A stretch of 64,000 nt of DNA from Macrostomum hystrix. Its lineage: Eukaryota > Animalia > Platyhelminthes. The position numbers and the translations under genes are program-made. The stretch spans positions 3,782,001 to 3,846,000 of the forward strand of contig CATNEN010000024.1 of assembly GCA_950097015.1 (NCBI GenBank). The letters are read 5' to 3'. Position 1 is the stretch's first letter. Each line of letters begins with the position of its first letter. The notes below the pieces were generated by a model. The model ran no database searches, was not told where the DNA came from, and was given only the letters and a program-made list of their open reading frames with translations. Positions 1 to 11,400 of the stretch are shown in pieces.

Positions 1-1166
1 GAACAGTTAGGCACTGTTGGATTCTAATAAATAATTTAACCAACAATTTGAATGTTTTTAATGCTAATGCTTCCAAGGAATGCTTATAAAGCTTCTATAA
101 ATATGTCAATATTGGTAAATTGGTCTGTGCTCATGGTCTACATTGGTGCCATAGTCTGGAAGGTGTCCAGTGTACATGGGAACTAATTCTGGGCCAAATC
201 AAGCCTGTATGCCGATTTCAATAGCCCCATTTTGAATGTTACATCATATGCTGAAGTAATTTTCCCATCATTTTTCTCATTTAAGAGAGGTATATTAGCT
301 ATGTATCCATACACTAATTATGCCAAATCAGTTTCCACATGTTTTGACATTGAGCAATCTTAACAAGTTCCCTTGGGAAAATAATGGAAAATACAGAACT
401 ATCCCACAGATTTTTCCATAGGATAACCATACTTTGTGGCACATAGGAGATTAGGAATTTGAAGAACATTGTTGTTATATATATATTGTTTTGTTTCAAG
501 TCAATTGGAAAACCAAAATTATTTTATAGGTTTAAAGTTTAAGGACCCAAATAAACTTCTTAGTTATTTATAAAATTTAATGTTCAGTTTAAATTGTTGG
601 ATTTTTTACTAATAGTCTATTGCAGATAATAATGTCAATCTTAAATCCTGTAAAATGGTTTAATTTGCTATAACCAATATATTTTTTTAGCCACAATTTT
701 GTAGGTTTGTAAAAAATGAAAGCTAACAAAAGTGGTACAAAAATTAATTGCACTGGGGTAAACACATGCACATTTGGCTAGAAAAATATAGATAAAAGTA
801 GCAAAATCTTGCAAATTTTGTGAAAACAAAAAAAATATAATGGTTGCAAAACTTAAATGTACTAAGGTAAACAATTTAGCCATTAAATGTGTAGTAGGTG
901 AATAAATCTACCATATTTTTCCTTTTAAATTTACTCGAACAAGTGAAGAAATTTAATATTTTGTTTGAATGCACCAATTGTTATAATGTACCAAGAAACC
1001 ACCCCTCCACTCTATTATATATACTCACATTTTTGGGAGTAGAAAACCAAACTTACGGACATGTGAACAGACATTATCAAAGTTCTAAACTCGACAGTTC
1101 TAAAGAGAAAAAGTTTCCAAAACTTGTTAGTTATTTTATAAAGCTGGAAAGCTATAACCTTAGACA

Positions 1167-1447
1167 CATACATGCGCAACACCCGGCCGACCCGGCCGAA
1201 CTGGCCGGGTGAAACGAGGGCCAAGCAAGGTAAGTCGCAAAAACCAATTGACCAAGCGCAAAAAAATCAAAGGGGGGACCAAGGGACAAAAAAGGAAGGC
1301 GTGAAGAAAAGGAAAAAGGGGAGAGAAAAAGAGAGCAAATGAGAGCAAACTAAGTCATAAATAGAGCAATGAAATGAACTAAGTCGCAAATGAGAGCAAA
1401 AACTAAGTCGCACGGCCGGCTAAGATTTGGGAGGTTGTGCATGTATG
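1167..1447. mobile_element. hAT-type MITE, family A copy 1
   Basis: TIR CATACATGCGCAAC / GTTGTGCATGTATG; 8-bp TSD CTTAGACA (1159-1166, 1448-1455); second copy at 25275. Confidence 0.85.
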
Positions 1448-2184
1448 CTTAGACAACAGAATTCATATTGAACAGTAAGCAAAAAGGTTTGGATCCAAAA
1501 TAAGTGTGCATAAGCCTGTAAAGGGTGTGATATAGGCATCACCTATTAAGGGAGTGCATTTGATAACAAACCTATGTAGGGTGAGGAAGAAGCAAGTAAT
1601 TCCACAGTGAGTGTGTGGGTAACTGATACCCCCAAATCCATTGATAGCCCTACATTGGGACTGGAAATTAATAAGACTTTGTGTCACTAATATAACCAGT
1701 GTGAAGTAAAATATACATATATGAGTTATTCATATTAATAAGTAGAAAAAGTGTCTTACCACTTGGACACTCACATGCTACCATAGAGTTAACAAATAGG
1801 CCCCCTACTTTAATATATAAAAATTTATAAGTGTTATACTGGTTAATTATTGCTGAAGTTAAATAATAAGAAAGAGCCCTCCAACAAATGTTTAAGTGTC
1901 GATTGTTAAAGACATATGTAGAAAATTTAAACACAGCAAAACTTTGTTGGACAGGGCCACCACAAATCACATTTGCACAGCACTGTAGCAGACTGTAGCC
2001 ACTTAGGTTTCCAGTTACATAGGCTGTATAAGTTGTTTCTTTTCTGCCAGCATACAAAACAATCACATACCGAATTGAGACATAGGGCAGGGTGCTGGAG
2101 AGAGTGGCTACTACACAACTATTCAAAGGAGTTCCGAAGACTACACATTTTAAGTACATAGACTGGGGGGCCGACACAGCCAGA

Positions 2185-2340
2185 GGGCCGACTACCCCAG
2201 CTAATGCTGGCACATATTTTGAAGGCTAGGTGAACTGAAGCACATTAAATAATTAAGAGTCTTGCTCAAGACTACTGGGCTGCGATTCGAACTCCTGACC
2301 TCTCGGTTAGAAGTCTTGAGCTCTAAGAAATAGGCTACTT
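2185..2340 (-). mobile_element. Diverged CORE-SINE copy
   Basis: Reverse strand: GGAGTTCGAATC..GTCTTGAGCAAGACTCTTAA..GCTTCAGTTCACCTAGC..GCCAGCATTAGCTGGGG. Confidence 0.6.
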
Positions 2341-2455
2341 GCTCCCTTTTTAAGAATGTTAAAAAATTCTATGGTCTGGTTGTTTCTGAATAATGTTTTT
2401 CAGAAAAGCTAATTATAGACAGATTAGCCTATCCGGTATGATAAACCTCCCGCAG

Positions 2456-5400
2456 TGTTGCCGCAGGTTTCGCTGCAGGTGGGCACAGCCACACTGACTG
2501 TAACTCCAGAAAAAGCTGTCAGCGGCTCACCTGTCAGTATGCAGTGCACAGTTGACGTAGCGCCTGGATCTGACTTTGTGACGTCATTCTTCTTTCTGAT
2601 GCGCGTGCAGGACACAGTCATTGACATTGTAAAGTACGAGCAGAAATGCGACGACCCGTTGGTCAAGAAGAATCAATGGTACTTCAGAGGCTTCGAAAGT
2701 GTTTCAGTCGATCCAACCAGCTGTAATTCTGTGACAGTGTCAAATATCATTGCTAGCGACCAGACAGCTGGAGATTATCAATGCAAATTTTATCTAATTA
2801 GTAGGGACTTTTCTAAGAATACAATCATCTCGAGCAACGCTAAACTCATTGTTGGAGACGACTCACCTCAGGTCAGGCTGCTTGAAGTTAAACAGGCCGA
2901 TAATAACAATTTAGTGCCTAACAACGGTGAAATCGCTACCGGTACTAATGTGAGCGTAGTCTGCGAAGCTGAGCCCGCCCGGCCTGAGTCGCAGTTCACC
3001 ATCACTGTTGGCGACTTGAGTTCGGCTGCGCTAACTCCCCAGCCGGCTGATAATAATCGAGTAATGACCTATTTTAAAATACCGAGACAGGCTAGTGTCA
3101 GGGTCTCCTGCTCTGTGTACAACGGATTCGGAACTCATAAAACTAAAAATATGACCGTTGTGCCCGTCTGTGAGTCCATACCTGGTTCATTATTTTATTT
3201 TAATGTGATTTGCGTCTCTTTTGATCTTCAAATGGCACTTTATTACACCATTCTAACATCCCCAAGTACGGCTTTCTGACATCCTTATGTACAGCCTCCT
3301 GACATCCTTCTGTACAGCCTCCTGACATCCTTATATACAACCTCCTGACATCCTACTGTACAAACTCCTGACATCCTTATATACAACCTCCTGACATCCT
3401 TCTGTACAACCTCCTGACATCCTTCTGTACAACCTCCTGACATCCTTCTGTACAACCTCCTGACATCCTTCTGTACAGCCTCCTGATATCCTTATATACA
3501 ACCTCCTGATATCCTTCTGTACAGCCTCCTGACATCCTTATATACAACCTCCTGATATCCTTCTGTACAGCCTCCTGACATCCTTATATACAACCTCCTG
3601 ATATCCTTATATACAACCTCCTGACATCCTTCTGTACAGCCTCCTGATATCCTTATGTTCAGCCTCCTGACACCCTTATGTACAGCCTCCTGACATCCTA
3701 ATGTTCAGCCTCCTGACAGTACTGCCTCCTGACTACACAGGAGCTTTGCCAGTTCTAAATTCACTTTAGAAAGCATCTTTGTCATTCCCCAGATGGTTAC
3801 AGTCACGACTTCATAGTGATGCCGGAAAGTCTGACCCAGCAGTCTAGCGACGAGATCGAAATCTGCTCACTAGCCAATAATCCGGCTAAGCCATTAAGCG
3901 TCACCGTGAAAGACTCTGACGCCCTGCTGCAGGCTGGCTATCCTCGTTTCGAAGCCAAGGACGGCTATTCTCGAGTCTACATCAAGCTGAAGGACTCGAC
4001 TGGCTCTGTCAAGCAGCTCGCAGTCACTTGCGGCCTACCCGGAATCGAACCCGTGCCCAAGTCGATTTCTATTATCGGTAAGTGATCAGGTTTTCTAGCG
4101 GGTGTTACTGTTTGTGAGTCGGTATGTTTGTGATTACTAAAGTGATCATTTTAGTTAATAATAAACACGACTATTCAGTCGTCAAAGTAGATTTGAAAGA
4201 CTGATAAAAAAATATACACTCGGAAATAGTTCAAATAGAATGAAAAGAAATAGCATTTAAACTTTGTATGACTTGCATTTTTAACGCGTGATTTTTAACG
4301 GCAAGAAAAAAAACTTTTACCCAGAAATACTTGGTGTCGGAATCTAAACATTGCTTTAGTTTTTGTTTTTAAACTATACATAGTGATTTAGAATATGAGT
4401 ACAGAATATCAATATACGAGTTTTTAATAAAAGCTAAATTTGTTTTTCGGCACTCGATTGTTGTGCACAGTTAGTTGCTAGTGTAAAATGCTCTGTACTT
4501 AGCTCTGATCAGATTAATGCTCTGATTGACAAGTGCTACACTGGCACGCACGCGCAACACTGTTTTAAATCGATAGTTTAGTTACAGATCGGCTTATGCT
4601 ATGTCAGTTCATATGAACCTAATCTGCGCTCTCCTAAAAAGTCTGCTTTCACCCTCGCTTGTGTCTAACTAAGCAGAAATTAAGCATATCTACATAAGTA
4701 GTTAAATATGCGCGAGTTATAACCATAGCAGAACAGCTAGCTTCTGTTTATTATTATCTTCTTAATAACTATTTTCACTTTGCTATCATTGCTTATTTCT
4801 CTCATCCTGGGTGGGAGAGTGAGCAGGCAACACGTAAATTAAACCTTATATTTACTACTGTGATATGGGTTTATATTAAATTTTAGTTTACTAAAACAAA
4901 ATTCGTCAACTATAGAAGACCACGGGATGGTATTTCAAATAACCACAGTTCTCTTTTTTATCTGTGTCTCAAAACATCGAAACATTGACAGCTTTGCAAG
5001 TTAGTTCAGTGTCAATGGCGGAACATTTAGATTCAAATGGTGGACTTTCACGAAAATCTGTCATTATGTTTTAATGCTATCGTTAAGTAGGCAGTGGGTA
5101 TTTGAAATACCCCTAAGGATGAATGAATTCTAAAGCCTAAGTTAATTGCAGCTATTTAGATACATTTGGGCTACGGTGGGTAAAGAAAGGAAATATTCTT
5201 AGTGGATCTACTAATTGGGTAACTAAATTTCGCCGCTCGCTCTCTCGTACCCGTTTATCTCGGCTCTCTTTTAATTTTAAGCGTAAAATATAAAATTCCA
5301 TACATATGTTTTTCATAGTTATATAGTTTTCTCTACAGTCTTTCTTGTCTAGTGTGTCATTTCTTTTTTATTTCAGTAAAATATTAGGAAAAATCATACT

Positions 5401-8400
5401 CCAGTAATAAATTTTTTTAGTTTCTGCAGTTAAAATAGGATTAATTCGTTATTACTCGATTGCCGCTTCTGTATGAAAAATATCTATGCATTTTTCTCTA
5501 TCAAATTTAATCCCGCATGCCACACAGCGGTTGCCGCCGCTGTTTCTAATCGCCTGCCATCCGAAACAAATCCCTCTCCACCTTTTTAAACCCGCCCCTC
5601 CTTCTTTTATTCTAGGTGTAGAAGCCACTACGCAAGGTACAGTGTGTGTTAATTGATGGCCCAATTACTTCTTCCTATCTACCAATGCGATACGGATGTT
5701 GAGAGATGTAGTTGGCCGGTGTGCCTCCTGTGCTTGGCCCAATTTATCGCCACCGGTGCTAAGTATTTAAATTCCGGGCCGACCTTCGATAATTATCTTA
5801 TGATTATTGATTATTAAAATATTATGATTATATTGATTTGATTTGATTAGAAAAAAGTGTATTATCATTGGCCAAGTGGAGGATGCGCGTGACCCGCGGC
5901 GGCAACTACTACTACTACTACTATTACTAATACTACTACTGCGGCTACTACTACTGCTGCTGGTTCTGTCGCTTGATTTCTTTTTTTTGTTTTGTGTTTA
6001 GTTACTTTATAAAGTGTTTATTTGAATAATCTGGCGAATCTATTTAAGAATTTACATTTTAAATATATTAATAATATTTTTTTCAGGATCCGGCTCAGCA
6101 ACTGCCAGTTACAGTTACAGCATTAGTAGTAGTACTGATAATCTATTAGACTATACATTGTCTAGTAAGTAGACTAAATTGCTAGGTTACTAGGCCTTAG
6201 CTAAAACTCATTATTGAAAATAGGACTATTTATGTATTTAACCTATTCTTTGGATTCCGTTATAATCTCTCTCTTGTCTTTCTGAAGTCTGGGATCGAAC
6301 ACCTACTTCTTAAAATCAGGGAGTTTCTGACAATTGCATCTTTTTTCTCACTCTACTTTTCTACTGCTTAACTCAGCAGTTATAATCTTCTATCTAACTA
6401 TTCTGAATCTACAGGTGAACACGGGTGCAATACTGTCTTTCTAAGTCTAGTGCTTCTTTTCTCTAACGCTTTTTATTTCGTTTTTAATCCTAGGCTTTAA
6501 GTGTTGCTTAAAAATCCCATTGGTAATATCCCGACCTTTTTAGTTTTTTTATAGTTTAGCTATAACAAACAAACAAACAAGTTAGTTGCAGCCAATTTCA
6601 TGCTGAGCTCTACAGAAACAAAAAAATTAGCTCTAGTTTTACAATTTACCAATGGGATTATTTTTTAACTTTTAACTTGTGAGTTCATGTAATCGCGTAC
6701 TCACGTTTTATTAATTAACCTAACAGCTATGCTAATTATAATTCTAATGTAATTGTAATTTTAACATAGTGAAATACTCTATATTTTTTAACTTTAAGAT
6801 GTCCTGAATATTGCATTAGTTGACACTAAAACTGTTTTGCACAATGTCACACTGTATTACGCATATTTATTAATTTAGTTGTCTAAATGAGTAAATTTTT
6901 GTGTTATAATCGTTCATTTTAGTCAATATTTCCTTTGCTTGTCTGACAGTACATGTTATAAGTCTGTTCCGAGTCAATAGGGGTGGGGTTTTTAGATTAT
7001 TTATTCAAACTGTTAAATATATCATTTTTGGTCCGATATGTCAAATCCTGCTCTAGGGATGGGTGTGGCTTAAAATCTGACCAATTAATAAATTCTTTCT
7101 ACTTCTCATCCAATTATAATCCAACAAATTTAGATTCCCACCCCCTATCTATCTCTCGTTGACTCTCTCTTTCTCCCTGTCAAGTTGTTTGAGGCTCCTA
7201 CTAATGTTATGCCCAATTTTCTAGATTGACTCAGCAATCAAATTTATTAAGTGCACTTTTTAACTAAGCCTACTTCAGTGGGTAGTGCTTCAGTGTTTAT
7301 TTTTGTCCTTAAGAAAGACGCTTTACAACCCGGTGCTTTGCTTCAACCAACTGTGAAATGGGTACCAGCATTAGCTGGTGTCGGACGAAATGTCCACGGA
7401 CTGAGCAGTTGTACACAACGTCTCAAATCAAAGTCATCAGCCTCTAAGAATTTCATTCAGTGCTAGCCAAATGAAAAGCTTCAATAGAGAATTTATCAAT
7501 GCCCAACTCGTAATACAGTATAAACTCTGAGCACGATGAGCTTGCTGGTGGGCGTGTAGGCGGTCTCGCAGCGTGGGATTACTATCAGGAGGCGCTGGCG
7601 GGGGTGGGGTCTGTGGGATTCTTTGCAATCCATCCAGCTCAGGCCCTCAATCGATTTTTCCCAAATGACGCGCCGTCCCCTCTTCCCTGTAGTCGTTTCC
7701 CTCAGTCCTCTCATATTCCTCTCTGGTCCACGCTCTCCCCAATGAGCGTACTCACTCACTCGCTCACTCTCTATGCGGCTGGTCTATTCATCTTAAAAGT
7801 AACATTTCATGCGACACGCTTCAAAGCTCTGACAGCATGCTTGGGGACATAATTCGGCCTAGATAAGATATTTGTTATATGCTTGCCCTAGTTTTTAATG
7901 GCCAGCTTCTACTTTGATGGCATAGTAAATCTTTCTGGCTAATTGACCATCGATTTTCCACATTTCCTGCGTTCCTGCTTACATTTTCTTTTTTACTAAT
8001 CTGCTCAATCATTAATATAGTGCTTGCATTCCGCTGTGGTCTTAGGAAGTGGCGCGCCTGTCCTTTCGTTTTCATTTAACATGCCTGCCAAAGCAGTTTT
8101 TCATTGTCAAATCAGCATGCTCTAGAGGAACAACTACTATATTCTACTATTTCTTAGAATATACCTTATTAGTAGTTAGGTAGTAGTTAGTTATTTAGTT
8201 TAATAGATAATTAAGGAAGTAGAAAGAATGGACAGATGAGTAGAAAGTAGTTACGAGTAATTAGTTTGGTAGCTCGTAATTAGAGAGGCAAGGCGGTTCA
8301 TTTGCTATAGAGACTGTTCATTCACTGTTCATAGGTATAGAGTTCATTAGATAGGTTGGTAGTTCATTAGATCAGTAGGTAGTTCATTATTTAAGTAGGT

Positions 8401-11400
8401 AGTTCATTAGATCAGTAGGTAATTCATTAGATCGGTAGGTAGTTCATTATATAAGTATAGAGTTCATTAGATAGGTTGGTAGTTCAATAGATAGGTAGGT
8501 AGTTCATTATATAGGTATAGAGTTCATTAGATAGGTTGGTAGTTCAATAGATAGGTAGGTAGTTCATTATATAGGTATAGAGTTCATTAGATAGGTTGGT
8601 AGTTCAATAGATAGGTAGGTAGTTCATTATATAGGTATAGAGTTCATTAGATAGGTTGGTAGTTCAAAAGAGAGGTAGGTAGTTCATTATATAGGTATAG
8701 AGTTCATTAGATAGGTTGGTAGTTCATTATATAGGTATAGAGTTCATTAGATAGGTAGGTAGTTCATTATATAGGTATAGAGTTCATTAGATAGGTAGGT
8801 AGTTCATTATATAGGTATAGAGTTCATTAGATAGGTAGGTAGTTCATTATATAGGTATAGAGTTCATTAGATAGGTTGGTAGTTCAATAGATAGGTAGGT
8901 AGTTCATTATATAGGTATAGAGTTCATTAGATAGGTTGGTAGTTCAATAGATAGGTAGGTAGTTCATTATATAGGTATAGAGTTCATTAGATAGGTAGGT
9001 AGTTCATTATATAGGTATAGAGTTCATTATATAGGTATAGAGTTCATTAGATAGGTTGGTAGTTCAATAGATAGGTAGGTAGTTCATTATATAGGTATAG
9101 AGTTCATTAGATAGGTTGGTAGTTCAATAGATAGGTAGGTAGTTCATTATATAGGTATAGAGTTCATTAGATAGGTTGGTAGTTCATTATATAGGTATAG
9201 AGTTCATTAGATAGGTTGGTAGTTCATCCGATATGTAGATGGTTGATCAGATTGTGAGCGGTTGTTTGTTTAGTATGATAATCAGGTGGCTTATTAGGTA
9301 GTTCGGTTAATTAATTTGCTGTCTCTCAACTAACTAAAGATTCAAACTCAGTACGTTTGCGTCTTTTAGTGCAGGGATCGGACGCTACTGCACTTCACCT
9401 TCGCACTTTTACCTGCTTGATAGGTAAAGGGTGTAACATACAGCAATACCCGTTCTTTGTGCTGCTACTGCGGGCTCCGATCGCTACCTGGACTGATGTA
9501 AATCTACATGCTCCCCTTCTACACATTCGAACTTTCATTCCGAAAGACCTCTTGCCCCCTCGCCTCTGTCTTCTTGCCTTTTTCTTTCATCCCAATGCCC
9601 CAGCCTGTTGTGCAGCCGCTATTTGGGAAGCCAGATTCACCCCAGCTAGCCTGATGGATCGGGCGGGACTGCATTCCTCTCACCCGTGCCCCTGCCTAGA
9701 CCGTTTTCCAACTGTCTCTATATTTTCTTCCGTTGAAAATTTCTATTTAAGCCTAGTCTCTCGCTTGGCCAGTCCTCTGCTGGCGTCTTGCATGTCTCGC
9801 TTCATTTTCTGTTCCCATTCCATTCTATATCCGGCCAGATTTTGTTGTTGGACACCTCTCCCACGGGACGGCCCTACCATCCCATTTCTCCGACACCTAT
9901 ATCTGATTCTAAATTCAGTGACATCCAAATCCGCACAATTTGGCTTCTAGCCTAATGCCTATCCTCGTAGATGCAGAAAGGACTGTTTTCTAGTGCCACA
10001 CTCTAGCATGTGCATATATTCTACTAATTAATTTTCTATCGATTCTGTCTAATCGCAAATGCTAGTTTATTGTGACTTTTTTAACAGTAGACCATGACCC
10101 AGCTATTTTTACCCCTGGGAAAAATCCACGAGGGGATATTTCAAATTCCCACTGCCAAATCCACTCCCAAACCGAATAAACGATTCATGTCGAAGACCTG
10201 GTGACAAGAACAACTAATATTGGTCTGTGTAAACCTCAATGGCGAATCCTTACTGGTTCATAAACTATCAACTATAGAAAATTAATTAACTTTGTCTGCT
10301 TTTGCCAGCAGACACCCGACGAGAATCGTTAAATTTTTTACTAATTCAATCCTACGCCGCCGATGTTCTGTGATGCTGAAAGTTTTTTTCATCGGATAAA
10401 GCAGAAAAATTGAAGCCCGTGTTCTGCATTTTCATGGCGATTGCAGAACAATCTATGAGTCACCCACCCCCTTAGCAAGAAGGTTAATATAAGGAGAGAA
10501 CCCCTAAACTCCCTAAACAATATTCTTTGAATGAACATCAAGCCTGGTCCATTCTCTTACCCAAGTGGAGTCGACCGGCACACTATTATTATAAAAGCTG
10601 GCGTCGCCAATGTACACACAATGCGCACGCTGTTAAGGTATGAATGGGGATCGCGTAACCTCCAGCCTCCCTAACTGCTCCTCTCTAAACACCCAGTTTT
10701 CCTTTCTCTAAGCTCCTTGGCAGGGATAGGCCCCTATAGTATTAGAAATGATTATCTTCCATTTCTGTCTGCGCCTATGTAGACCTACTGCCAGCTGTCC
10801 GACCACTCGCCTGTCCAGAGGGTTGATTCGAGTTCTTCAGACTTGCGCCCCCATGTCCATCTGTGAGGGGATAGAGCAACTAGGAAAAGAGATAGAGAGG
10901 GTGTGTGTGTATGAATGGCGAATAGAACTGAATGCTTAAAGCTTCAGTTCTAGGCGCTGTACATTCACTAAGTTATTTTTTGTAAATTGAGTTTCAAATA
11001 GAAAGGTACATTTTTGTAGGGCCTGAAATGCTTTGTAATCTTTTTATTGACCATAGAAAAAGAAGAGATCAAGCAAGGGAGAGATGAGACACGGCGAGAT
11101 GAGACACGGGAGACACGAGACACGGGGAGATGAGCCACGGGAGAGATGAGATACGGGAGACACGGGTAGATGAGACACGGAAAAGATGAGACACGAGACA
11201 CGGGGAGATGAGACACGGGGAGATGAGACACGGAAAAGATGAGACACGGGGAGATGAGACACGGAAAAGATAAGACACGGGAGAGATGAGACACGGAAAA
11301 GATGAGACACGGGGAGATATGAGACACAGGGAGAGATGAGACACGGGGAGAGATGAGACACGGAAAAGATAAGACACGGGGAGAGATGAGACACGGGAGA

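Noticed and set aside
1-900. Protein-like minus-strand frame or mitochondrial insertion
   Set aside because: Stop density is about that expected for AT-rich DNA, and I recognise no mitochondrial or transposon motif.
9330-10960. Decayed non-LTR retrotransposon on the minus strand (e.g. SLPRSLEKGKLGV resembling LPxxxGGLG)
   Set aside because: No RT (YADD), endonuclease or zinc-knuckle motif is recognisable and the frames are short. BLASTX would be needed.
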